Program-made: the position numbers and the translations under genes
IMG/VR virus record: IMGVR_UViG_3300032086_003047
Coordinates: 1 to 58,949 of that record
Reading direction: 5' to 3' (one strand)
DNA: 58,949 nt
DNA from: a virus
Taxonomy: Duplodnaviria; Caudoviricetes
Notes under the pieces: generated by a model
Databases searched by the model: none
What the model saw: only the letters and a program-made list of their open reading frames with translations
What the model was told of the DNA's origin: nothing
In this document: positions 22,338-34,900 of the stretch, piece by piece
Position numbering within the stretch: the first letter of the stretch is position 1
How the letters are laid out: each line of letters starts with the position of its first letter

Positions 22338-25300
22338 TATTTTGCAACATCATATGGAGTAAGTATTCTTTCCAGCTGACTTGAGTATGGTATTAGCTTT
22401 TTAACTGCTACGCCTACTTTGGTTTTACCTTTATGTTTACCACGTTCATACCTTTCATATTCCATCCAGTCTTCTCCAAAGTTAAATGCTGGACCAAATG
22501 AAGTCTTGAATGCTTTTCCTACTGCTTCTATAGTACTCATAGCAGCTGAAGGAGATCGTAGTATTTCCATTGCTGATCCTGGATTTCTGTAGAAAGATAT
22601 TTCTGAATCAAGCCTGTGCAGCTGGTATACTAACATTGATCTCATCCAATCATCTTCATCATCACCTTCAAGACTTCCTAAAAGTGTAAGTAATAATAGT
22701 ACTGCTCCACCTATTGCGAATTCAGCTACTGTCTTTTTGATCTGTGATTTTTTCCATGCGGGTAACTTATTCCAGTTTTCTTTAAGCATACCCATTGCAA
22801 GCCCATGCTGTTTTACCTGCTTAACGTATTCACTTAAAAATCTATAGGTTACTACATAGTATCCTCCAGTTTTAGCACCCAGTCTTTGGTTGTATACTTC
22901 TCTGTTATCAAAGGTATCTTTACCCCATCTTCTTTTCCATCCAGGCATTAGCCACTTACGGAATAAAACAAGAAGTCTTCCCATTGCTTTTTGCTGTAAT
23001 GCAGCTGCATCATTTTTAGAATAGTTACCGTGTAGATATTGATAGACACCTTTGATCCGTTCTGTAAACTTGATCATTTCATTTTTAGTAACTCCTTCTG
23101 TCCATGACACACCATCTTTTACACCTATAGATTCTCTTACTGTCTTATAGCTTTCTTCAAATTCTTTTTTGCTTGCCTTAGTATCTGGTTTACTTGGGTT
23201 AGCTTCTAACCAGTCCTGATAGCTCATTATCTTTCCTTTAACGATTCTATGACTACGTGCCATAGCTACAGCAACTTCAGTTTGTATCATGTGCTCTCCA
23301 GAGCTTTGCATAATAAAGGTTACCTTACCTGCCATACGTTTAATAAAAGACTTTGATGGTATTCTGTTACCGTACTGATCAAACTCTTGAAAGATATCAT
23401 ACGAGTCCATCCATATACTTAGGTCATTCTCTGGAAACTCTGATACTGCATCTTTTACAAATCCATATATGTTCTTAGCGTAATCTGCTTTAGCTTGTCG
23501 TAAATGTTTTCTTTCATAGAACTGTCCACCAGCTCCTTCGATCATGTTCATTACATTTGCTACAGATACGTTGTTGATACCTGAATACAAGTTAAATGCA
23601 AGTGATCGTATGGATGTATATTTACCAAGCAGGTCAAGAGTTTTTGCTTTGTCTAATGAGTCGAATAATAAGTTACCTTCATCTTTCTTTCGCTCACCAA
23701 ACATTTGCATGTCAAGATATGTTTTCAATTGCTTGTACGCATTACTTGTAATCCCTGCTTCAGTAACTTCTTTTCTTTCTTCACCACCTATTAGCTTACT
23801 GACGCCAGTCACCATTTTTTTAGTTCCTTTCTTTTGAGTAACTCTTCTTTCAGCTACAAGATCTTGAACTATCATTAGCTCTGTTGCGACGTCTCTCATT
23901 CCTGAATAGTTCTTAGACATAGTCATAAACATTTCTAAGCTTTCCATTAAGTTTAGAGATATGTCTTCTGGATTAAGACCTTTATCCTTTTCTCTACTTA
24001 TTGTTGAGGTGTATTTTATTGGAATGAATTTAAATTCTCTACCTTGCTCATCTGTAGTAACTTCTACATAATCTTTTTCATCTTCTCTTCTTTTTACTAA
24101 GTCTCCCAATGTTTTACCTGCAGCATTAACTGCTGATGAAACTCCTTTTACATCTTGAAATGCTCTTTCACTTCCTGATTTTAGAATTGCTGGTAGTTGG
24201 TATCGTCTTTGAAATCCTGGAGGTAAATTCTTTTGATGCTCTTGATAGTTTTCATGAAACAGATCATAAAATGCTTTTTGAGCAGCGGTTAATCTTTTGT
24301 ATTTGGGTGAATCTTTTTCTAGGTAGTTTCCAGTGAGCCTTCCTTTGTCATCACGCTCTAACATAAAGTCGTAAAACTTTTCATGGTTATTTGAAGAAGC
24401 AGATTGTGTTTTTTCGAGATCTTTAATTGCTTTCTTCATTTTGGTATTCCTAAAGGTTACCATTGCAAAGTTTATATCTGCTTTCTTCTTTTTTATAACC
24501 TTATCAACTAGAGCCAGTACTTGATCGTTTGAATCAGCTAAAGAATCTGCCAGGTATGTTATAAATCCAACATCATCATGTACATGAGTGAGCATTCGCT
24601 CAATATCTTTTTTAGAAAGATCTGCATCACTGTTATATTCATTTAAGAAATCAGCTATTAACGGACGAGATAGCCTAATGTATTTACCATTTAACATGTT
24701 TATACTTCCCATTACAGGATCTACAAACTCTTTTCTTAATGCTTCTTCACTTAAATTTAAATTTGCAAGAGCTTCTCTATCTTTTATTGCTTCAACTATA
24801 TCGGTTACCATGCTAAATACTGAAGTATAATCTTTAGCGTTAGCTAATCTTCTCAGTATTATTTTCTTTTCTTTTTTGGTTCCTTTTGAGTTTTTAATAG
24901 ATTGCTCAATATCCAACATTCCTCTATCAACTGTTTCAATTGCAGTTTTAGCGAATTCCATGAACTTGTGCAATACAAGTAGATTTCTTTCTGGATCACT
25001 TAGTGCAGCTATGTCTAATGGGTCATTTGTACGCTTAAGTCCCCCTCTGATTCTTTTAAGTTCTTTTATTTGACCAGATAATGTTTCAACAAGATCACCA
25101 CCTCTTTTCTTTTTGTCTTTTTTCTCTTCTTTTCTTTTTATGATTTCAAGCTTTTTCTCAAGAGATTGTATTGTTGTAATTGCAAGCTTTTCTAATTCTT
25201 CATCTCTTGTTATCTCTTCTTCGCTTTTATCTACTTCAAGTTCTATTTCTTCTGCCTCTTCTTCTTTTGTGACTAATGTAACTCCTCTACCTGCACTTGC

Positions 25301-25915
25301 AAAATGTGCAACACTTTCATCATTTATTGTTGCAATTACATCATCAAATAAAGAAGTATCGTCATCTGTAATGGTTCCATCTTCTGTTGTTTTTATATTC
25401 AAAAAGATTGGAACAGTCTTTCCTTTTTTAACTACTGGTAACGTACCTTCGTAATCTTCAGGTGTTTCGTATAGTCCTGCTTTGTCAAGATCTGTTGTGA
25501 ATGTATTTTCACCTATCTGATAAAAAAGCAAGGGTTCTCCTTGACTATTAACGGTCTTTGCTACTGAGTCATCTGATGGCAATACGAGCTCTACGGTAAA
25601 CTCATCTCCATCTTTAACTACTACAGCACTACCGTCTCCGTAAATATTATTGATTCTTTCTACTTCTGACTTTGCTGTTTCTTCTGTATATGAATCCTTT
25701 AATTCTTTTTTCTGAATAGCATCAAAGTTATAATACAGTCTAAAGTTTCCAAACTCAGCTTTGAACTCATCACTATTTATTTTAGTGTATGCAATATCAG
25801 CAAGGTCTTCTTTACCTAATATTAGATCTAGATCCTTATAGAGCTTACTGTCTTCTCTTACGATATTACCTTTATCGTCTAAAGTCTCTACTTGAAATTT
25901 ACATGATATTGCCAT
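22322..25915 (-). CDS. large virion ejection / RNAP-associated protein (1197 aa)
   Basis: Last of three giant genes; helical; C-terminal hydrophobic segment FAIGGAVLLLLTLLG; single Cys at residue 5. Confidence 0.7.
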   Translation of the reverse strand: MAISCKFQVETLDDKGNIVREDSKLYKDLDLILGKEDLADIAYTKINSDEFKAEFGNFRLYYNFDAIQKKELKDSYTEETAKSEVERINNIYGDGSAVVVKDGDEFTVELVLPSDDSVAKTVNSQGEPLLFYQIGENTFTTDLDKAGLYETPEDYEGTLPVVKKGKTVPIFLNIKTTEDGTITDDDTSLFDDVIATINDESVAHFASAGRGVTLVTKEEEAEEIELEVDKSEEEITRDEELEKLAITTIQSLEKKLEIIKRKEEKKDKKKRGGDLVETLSGQIKELKRIRGGLKRTNDPLDIAALSDPERNLLVLHKFMEFAKTAIETVDRGMLDIEQSIKNSKGTKKEKKIILRRLANAKDYTSVFSMVTDIVEAIKDREALANLNLSEEALRKEFVDPVMGSINMLNGKYIRLSRPLIADFLNEYNSDADLSKKDIERMLTHVHDDVGFITYLADSLADSNDQVLALVDKVIKKKKADINFAMVTFRNTKMKKAIKDLEKTQSASSNNHEKFYDFMLERDDKGRLTGNYLEKDSPKYKRLTAAQKAFYDLFHENYQEHQKNLPPGFQRRYQLPAILKSGSERAFQDVKGVSSAVNAAGKTLGDLVKRREDEKDYVEVTTDEQGREFKFIPIKYTSTISREKDKGLNPEDISLNLMESLEMFMTMSKNYSGMRDVATELMIVQDLVAERRVTQKKGTKKMVTGVSKLIGGEERKEVTEAGITSNAYKQLKTYLDMQMFGERKKDEGNLLFDSLDKAKTLDLLGKYTSIRSLAFNLYSGINNVSVANVMNMIEGAGGQFYERKHLRQAKADYAKNIYGFVKDAVSEFPENDLSIWMDSYDIFQEFDQYGNRIPSKSFIKRMAGKVTFIMQSSGEHMIQTEVAVAMARSHRIVKGKIMSYQDWLEANPSKPDTKASKKEFEESYKTVRESIGVKDGVSWTEGVTKNEMIKFTERIKGVYQYLHGNYSKNDAAALQQKAMGRLLVLFRKWLMPGWKRRWGKDTFDNREVYNQRLGAKTGGYYVVTYRFLSEYVKQVKQHGLAMGMLKENWNKLPAWKKSQIKKTVAEFAIGGAVLLLLTLLGSLEGDDEDDWMRSMLVYQLHRLDSEISFYRNPGSAMEILRSPSAAMSTIEAVGKAFKTSFGPAFNFGEDWMEYERYERGKHKGKTKVGVAVKKLIPYSSQLERILTPYDVAKYLESL

Positions 25916-25927
25916 TGCTAGTTATAT

Positions 25928-28900
25928 TTAAAATGCACAGATAAATCTTTGATCCTGTTCGTCGTTTCTATCTTTATTAGATGTTAGTTTGGCTTTATCT
26001 TCCAAAGTTTCAATATTGTATCTTTGGAATCTCCACATGTCATTTGTTTTACCTCCAGTTGTTTTATTGTAAAGTTTATATCTAGCATCAGTTGTTTCTC
26101 CACTTGCACTAGACCTTACTAAAAGAACAAATTTACCTTCACTCATAGTTTTAACAAACTTAGGAAATACTCCTAATTGTTTTTTAAATACGTATGGTAA
26201 ACTTATTGAGCCATTTTGTTTAAGTTTTTCCATTTCACTTTTCTTGACTCTTACCTTTCTGATCATAAACGGAGTTGCACTTCTATGAACAATGAAGTTT
26301 TCAATAAAATTATCAAAAAACTTTGGATCCTTAAAGTAATCAAATTGGAACTCTCGTATGTATTCATTGAATGAAATTGGGTCCTGTACTAAGTTTCCTT
26401 CTTCATCTTTTTTATACAGTAGAGACATTCCTGGATCATTCCATACTTCATTTGGAATTATATCAACAAATGCATTTACACCATTATCAAATCCTCTAGA
26501 TAATATGTGGTAGTATACAAGGTTTTTTGCAAACTCTCTTACTTTTTCATTTTCATGAGTTAACATGTTCAGGAACCCCTGAGTCATTGCATCCTTCTCT
26601 TCTTTACTATATGCAAAACTTGAATCAAATGATAATGTTTTGTGTTCGTATCTGTCAACTTCTTTTATTTCTTGATTTTTTTCTATTTGTTTAGGATCTG
26701 TTACTTTGGAAATATTATACAAGTGCATTGATTTCTTTTTCCCTTTAGCATCAAGTTTGCCTTCAATGAAATTCTTTACTCCTTTAGTTGCTCTATACTT
26801 ATTGCCTTTGCTGTCTTCTACAATGTAAACGCGATTTTTACCAATGAAATTTACAGTTCTATCTCTTCTTGTTAGTGGTACTATTTGTTTAGGATCTACT
26901 TTTTTTAGTGCCAGCTTAGTAATTATATCATCTATTTTTGATCTTCCTTCTTTAGCTTTTATTGTATCAATTGTTTGATTACCAGCATAAGTAACTTTAA
27001 AAAATGCATTACCTACTTTAATTGTTTTTTGACTATCTATATTTGCAAACTCACTAGATTTTTTTGTTTTTAAGAATAATGTTTTAGGTCGTTTGATATT
27101 TCTCATCATTCTTTTTTCAGCACTTGTTATATGAAAAGTCTTCTTAAGCATAGTTCTCAAACCTTCTGCTGTAATTGAACTAGTTTTATCCTTTAATGAA
27201 TTATCTTCATTTTCATCAAGTTTACTAAAGAACTTATACTCTGCTTTTCCAGGCGTAACCAGATTTCGTATAGGATCTGTTAGGTCTGATTCATTTATCT
27301 CAGCCAATAAATTTCTAAACTGTACAGCAATGTTATTGTCTCCAGTTAATAGCTTGTCTTCCCATTGTTTTGAGAATAATGGAGCAAACGGAGATGGTAC
27401 ATATCCTTCCTGCTTTTGACTTACTAGGTGCATGAAAGAATCTTTATTCACTGCTTTTAGTTGATCTAAAGATAACGTCTCAACTCCAAGCTCGCTGGCA
27501 AGAGCAGTTTTTGTTGCTTCTAAACCAAACTCAAAGTAAGGGAAGAACTTTGACACTAACACTTTAGCTGTACCTATCATGTTAATGTAGGAATTTGCTA
27601 TAGGATAATCTCCTTCAAGTATACTTGAGATGTCATCAATACCACGAGTAGGTATGTATTTAACATCTGTTTTCATTTCTATTTTACCTTGCGGTCTAAC
27701 TATTCCAGATATGTTTTTATACATGTCTGATTCAGAGACTCCATCTTCAGCTAGCTTACCTGAAATAATGTTGTAAAGAATATTTGGTATTGATTCCTCA
27801 AGTTCTTCTGCACTATTAAATGGATTTTTACCTTGTTTAATTTCTTCTAGTGTGGCTTTAGCATCTTTTCCGTTTGCAATTCTATCTTTTATTGAAGTCT
27901 CTTCTTTTGACAATAAAGGAATTGATGTAAATTCAGATGCAAGCAATAACTTGTTTTCTTTTTTATTTATCCAACCAGGGTATATTGAGTTTATGTATTT
28001 TTCAATTTCTTTTGAAAAAGTAGTTTGTTTAGTTTCTTCAACTGCTCTAAGTCTTTCTGTAATTACTTTTTTTCTTTCGAAGTAATCTATAAGATCAAGA
28101 TGTGCTTCAATACCTGCAGGATTATTAAAGTCTTTGATTCTGTCACTATTTATTAGCGTGTTTGCTTTACTTAAATCACCTGCTGTTTGAGTAAACATTT
28201 GTACAAATAAACCAAGTACGTTTAATTGTGTTTCGTTAAAGTTTGCATCTTTATTGTCTAATGTTTTATCAAAGTGCTCTAAAAGATTTTCACTATTAAT
28301 AGGTATATCGTCTCTTAAAAATTCATCAAGAGTTTTATATCCTCTACTTCGCATTCTACTACCCATCTCTGAAGTTAAAACACTTTCGGCAATTTGTACT
28401 AGTTTCCCAGGACTACCTTCTTTATCTATATACTCTTCATATAGTTTTCTGATTATTGGCTGGTTCATAAAAAATGAAGCCCATACAATTGAATCACCTT
28501 TAGCTGACTTAAAAAGCTCACTATATTCTTTTGTATCAATTCCCTTTTCCTTTAATATTTTTTTAAGATTATCTCCTTTCATGCTCTCATGTGTAATTCC
28601 TAAAGACATGATTGTATTACGTACACCAGACGTAAAACCATTATCCATTAGGAAAAGCATTATAGGATCTTTTGCATTATCTACAGATATAGTAAGATGT
28701 TGTTGTAGTTGATAGCTTATGTCATTACCTTCTTTATCTTCAGTAATTGTTAAATCATCATACTTATTGCCATCAATGATATAAGGAATTCCTATTTTAA
28801 TTTTTGTAAACTGTCTTCCTGCTTGAGCTGTAGTTGCAGTTGCATAAATACCCACACCAGTTTTACCAGCTTTATTTCTTTCTTCTAGTTTTCTTTCTGC

Positions 28901-31900
28901 ATCAACATCATTGGGATCAATTACAGTTGCATATTCAGGTATATTCGTTTTAAAGAACTTAGCTAGTTCAGGTGCAAGATTTGAATCAATAGTCTTAAGT
29001 ACTTCATCTATGTGATATGGGCTTGTAAGCATTGCGTGTGCCATATCTATATATGCATTTTCAAGACCTTTTTTAGTAGCACTCTTAAGATCATTTATAT
29101 CGTATTGTACTTTAGATATGGTCCAGTCTTTAAGATTATTAAGTGCTCTTAATGTTTTCTTTTTAGCCTGCATTGCTGCACTTTGTACTGCAGTTTCTTC
29201 ATCTGCATCTAAACCATCGATTTCAAGGTAATACTCAGTATCTTCAAGCAACAATGATATCTGCTTGTCTGTTAGCTTGATGTCTTTAGGTAAGTTCTTT
29301 AGTAGCTCACTTTTATAAGTATCAAACCAATCAAACTTTTGTCCATCTTTCAATGTACCTTTTACCTTTAGATTAGGTATCATTGTGAATAGTTTATCAA
29401 TATCAAAGTCAGATCCCATTTGAGTAGTGATCTCTGCAGGAACCATTATCATTTTTGACATTGATTTAGGAAGTATCTTAACTATCTTTAACGGTAGCAT
29501 CGAGTTCTTACCTTGTGTAGGTATACGATATCCGATAAGCGTTAATACATCTTCAGGTACTGAACTAATATCATACTCACCATCTTTATTTTTTGGTAGA
29601 TTAAGACGCTCTGCAAACTCCCAAGGCATGGCAATCTCTGCACTAACTATTTTTTGAATTTTTATCTTATCGCCTCTTCTTTCTTTTACAGTCCAGTATT
29701 CATTATTATATTGTACAATCTTTTCATAGAAAGTTTCTTTCCCTGTTGCATCATCTACATCTTTAACGACATTTTTTACAGCACTAGTACTTACTGTTTC
29801 TTCTTTTCCTTTTATAAATTGAAGTCCTTCAGCACCATCCTCATCTGTTTTGATCTTACCTATCTCTGCTATTTGCACAAGACCTTGTCCATTAATGTTG
29901 ATTTTCATAAAGCCTCTTTTGGCTATAGAAGAAAATACGCTTTGGAATTTTTCTGCAAATGCAGGCATAGATAACGGGCTATTGAAGTCATAATCTTTTT
30001 CATTACTTTCTTCAACCTTTACAATGTTTAATGCTTTGATGTATGTGTCAGGAAGTTCTCTTTCTTCTATTGAATTGTTAAACACTTTACGTATGCTGTT
30101 TAACATTTTTAATGTTTCACTATCGTTTTTAAATAGATTGTCTACATTGTATAAGCCTTCTTGATTTTTAGGTATACCTAATTCTTCAAATACTTTTCGT
30201 ACACCCATCTCAAGCTGTAGGTTTATTACTTCACCGTATTTTTCATAAAGCTGCTGACCAGTAATAACGTTATTGCCTACAACATATGGATTAGTTAGAT
30301 TCTTTTTTAGGTTCGTAGTTAGTAACTTCATGAACTGTGAACCTATTCGTGATTCTTTTGCAGTGTCTGGAATTATCTGAGGCATTCTTAAGAAATGTGT
30401 ATCCAGCTCTATTCCCTGCATTTTAGATAGTGACTCTACTGAAGGATTACCATCATTATCCAATTCGAGATCTATGGCGTTGTGCAATCCTGACTTTATT
30501 GCAGAATCCATATTTATCTCATGTATAGGATTAAGACCTTTACCTTTAAATTCACCTGATACTTCCATTCGCATTCTGATATTGTCGAATCCTGTACCCT
30601 TTGTAAATTCAGCAAGCAATGGAAAGGTTGAGTGCTTAACCATTATTCTTACTTTCTTTTTTACTCCATTGCCAAAATCCTTTAGGTACAATCCATCAGA
30701 ATATGTTTTTAATGGTTTAAGCTTTACTTGCTTTCCTTTGTTATCTACAAATCTTCCTCCGTTTGTTTGGTAATTAGCATATGCTTCTTTTTGTAGATCT
30801 CCCCATGTACCAATACCTTCAGCAATATGCTTGTACCTATCAAGTGTTACCAGCCCCATAGCATCTGCTACATTTGAACCTTGTTTATCGTTTCCTTCTT
30901 TGTATGCGTCTAATACACTTTTGTCAGTTACTATCTTATCAAGTGATTCTAGAAGCTCTTTGTTTTTTCTAAAAATATCATTGATCACACCCATCTGATA
31001 AGTTGGAGTATTACCATATGAGTCAGGTGTATCTTGTATCCTAGTTTCGATTCCAGGAGTAGCTAAACTACCGTATCGTTTACTTTGATCTTCTACAGTG
31101 TTTATTTGTTCTTCATTACTTTTAAGACTATCCTTATATAAACCTGGATCACCTGAAGTTAACTTTTGAATTTCATTTTTAAAGATCATTGTATTTACTA
31201 CATAATCTCGAATAAGCATGTTTACTTTTTCATTTCTGCTTGGGTTAGTTTCAGGATCATCATACAATTTGTTTAATGTCTCATCTGAAATGTTTTTACC
31301 AACTGATTTAAATTCTGAAGTTTTTTCTTCTATTTGATTTTTAACATACTTGTTTATTTCACTTTGTACTTCTCCCATTAACTTATCTATATCTTCAGAA
31401 GCATTTGTAAGCTGGACATCTGGATTGGCAAGAGCATATTCCATTAATTTTTTGCCTGCTTCTGTTTCATTTAGAAAAGGAAGTTGTCTAAAGAATTTAT
31501 AGTTTTTACTATAGTTCTTTATTTTGATTTTCATCTTTTCACCGTTCTGTGCGTCTTTTAGATCTTGTATTACATAACGCATGAAAATTGGATAATCTCC
31601 AATATTGTCAGTTAGTCTTCTGGTATCTGTAAAATTATATCCACTAGTGTTACTAAAATTATGACTTAGTCTAGGTAAGGTCATCATTATCATTCTACCT
31701 CTGTCTGCAAGAGTAGGTATGACAATAAGCATTTCATTTTTGTTACCATTGTTACCAAAAGCATTTAGTCTGTGAATTAGTGATAAGTTAGGACTTAGTG
31801 AATCAAATGTATTTTTACTTACAAACTCATTTCTCTTTTTGTATGCATCAAAATCTGATATCTCAATTGTATTTCTAAGTACATTTGATTGACTATTCAA

Positions 31901-34900
31901 GATTTCACTTGCTAATAAGTCATCATATTCACTATTTTTTTTGTCTCCTTTACTTGGCATGTAAAGAGGATCTTCTTTAAATTCTCTTAACCATCTATCC
32001 CAGAATTCTGTAGATGTAGGATCATAAGTTTTTATGGCACTTATAGTTCTGTCTAATGTGGTAAATGTATTTATCGGATGAACAGATTTATTTGCTGCGT
32101 TTATAAATGATCCGTGAATGTCTTTTTCAAAAGAAGAAGTAACCAGTGCAAACTTCTTTATTACACTTAAGTATTCTACGTATGGGTCTTTTATGAATCC
32201 ATTACTGTCTTCTTTTATCATTGTTGCAACTGGACTTCCAATTGTCTTTTCTTCATATAGTGGTAATTTAAAAGGATCGGCTATTCTTGAATTACCACCT
32301 GTAAGATATCCGAAAAGATCATACCCCTTTACTTCTTTGTTGTCAATTATTATTCCGTTGTTAAAAGCCAACTCAAAAGTTTCTCTTGGTATGTCCATAC
32401 CTAATAGGTTTGCAAAGTCAGTTATTGCATCTATCTCTTCATCTGTAGGTATTCCACTTAATTTTAGGAATGGTCTTTCTCTTTTTCCATCTTTTTGAAT
32501 AGGTCCCTTATAGTAATTCATTAATACGTTACCTATTGAATCCTCAGATGAATCATTTAATTTTTCAAGAACTTCTTCGTTTGCAACAGTTTCATTTTCA
32601 TCAGAATTGATTAATAATCCTGTACCGTCACTTGATCTTGATTTGTTTTTCCATCTCTTAAGAAGCTTTTTCTCTGCTCTATTTAGATTTGAGTTATAAT
32701 ATGTTACTTTTACTCCTGCTACATTACCTTCTTTATCAACTAAAACTTCTTCAATAGCTCCAATAAAGTTGTTATAGGTATTTGCCATTGCAGCATAGAA
32801 CTTTGATTTAAACGCTTCGTCTTTTTGTTTTGATTTTAGCTCGTTAAGTACAGATTTTATTTCTGGAAAATTCTTACTTTTTTTCTCAAGCTTGCTAATC
32901 ATGTCATCATAGCTCTTACTTTCTGTAAGTGAGAAAGAAATATTACTGTATATTTCATCAAACGTGTAGTATACATCGTTACCAAATATTCCTATTTTCT
33001 TTCTAAAGACATTTTCATTTCCATCTTTTTCCAATTCTAACATAGGAATAAACGTCAGGAATTCTTTTATGTCTTTTGATAAAGTGTCTTTTCTACTTTC
33101 TTCTAAGTGTGACTTGTCGTATATTTTTTCTGCTACATCTTGATCTTCATAAATAGTTACCTCATCACCGTATACTTTGTATCCAAATCTTTGTAGTCCA
33201 ACTTTTGCTTTGTATAGAATACCACGATCTTTTACATTACCATATTCTGCTGAAGCATCTTCCCACAATGCGTCAACTAACAATAATGTATTTCCAATGT
33301 TTGTTCCATTTGCTCTTTCAGTAAATAGAAGATTATTGGTTCGCATATACTGCATAGCTTCCTCTGTCATATCCAGATTATCACTCATCAGCTCTGTAAT
33401 AGCATCTATGTGTTTTTGTAGTGTTTTAGAATCTGTTACTCTTTCATCAACTATTTTATTTTCTTTTTTTACAGGATCGTATTTCTCTACTCTTTTTACA
33501 AAGATGCCTTTTCTAAGTGCTCTTCTAATTGTAGCATATACTTGATTTGGTGTATCTGTAGGATATTGTTTACTACGCTTTATGAAAGCACTATTTATGT
33601 CATTTACAATATTTCTTATTGGTCCTTCGTCAAATCTGTTGTAAAGCTTACTATCGTTTCTATTGAAAGAAGCAGCTGCTCCTTTAGAAGCAAATCTCAT
33701 ATTGAGATTCTTTTTATTGATTCTACCTTTGTCAATATTGAAGAACAATCTGTCGATTGTCATTTTGTTTGAGAAGTAATACTTGATATACTTCAATAAG
33801 TCGTTGAAGAATTTCTGAATCTTTTCACTGGTTGATTTTACTTTTTGATTTGATATTACATAAGATCTGAATTGTTCAGCAAGTCTTTCTTCAAGAACTA
33901 ATCGTTCTAACTCTTCTCCAGTAATAATTGTAGGTTCGCCTTTTCCTTTTGCTTTTACATCAATGTTCTTATAGATCTTTCCATCATCCCCTATTCTAAA
34001 GTATCCTGCTTGTTCAAGCTCATCAAGTTCTTCCTGACTTACAGGTCGTTGCTTTTTAGATTCAGCAAGTATTGCATCTTGTTGCTCATCTGTAAGGAAC
34101 ATTCTAAACACTGCATGGAATGCTTCGTGATATTCTGTACCCTTAGTTGCATACTTAGATAAGTAGATAACACCTTCTGAGAATAATCCTTCTGTTCCAG
34201 ATGGCATTCCTTTGGCTATTTCAATAGTTTGTTCAGCCATATTAAAAGGAAGACCTCTTGCCTCAAGCCATTGTTTAGCGTCATCTAGATCTATCTGATT
34301 AGGATTTAACGAACCAAACTTTGTGTACTTACGTCCCTTATCTCGCATTGCTTGTACATTTGGTGCGTAAGGAGACTTGTATTGTATTATACCTTCATAT
34401 CCTTTCTCTAATGCTTTCCTTTGTACAATAGCACCTATATCTTCAGCAGGGGACATGGGTGACATTTGCTTGTATGTATCACTTGTAACGTAATCGTACT
34501 CATACTTAGCTTCTCTCAGTATCTGTTCGTAAACAAGCATATCATTAGTAGCTATCCCACTTTCTTGAGCTTGTGTAATATCAAGTGTTCTTGAAGGATC
34601 AATTACGAGTTCTATTTCAGTAGGCTTACCTTTTGGTTTTTTATCCAGGTCATATTCTTTCTGACCATCTTTAGTCTTTGAAGTTCTAAATGCTTTTATT
34701 GGTTTTGCTGTTTTAGCTTCAGCGGTAGGTATACTAACAGCAGTATCTGCAGGTACATAGTCTAATGTTGTAATTTCTAGTTCATCAGCTGAAGCAGGAA
34801 ACTCATCTAGCTCACGCTTATTACGATCTTGCCAAGACTTTATTTTAGCAGCTAAAATATGCTCGTTAAGCCCTGTTTGTTTTTTGAGATCTATGAATTC

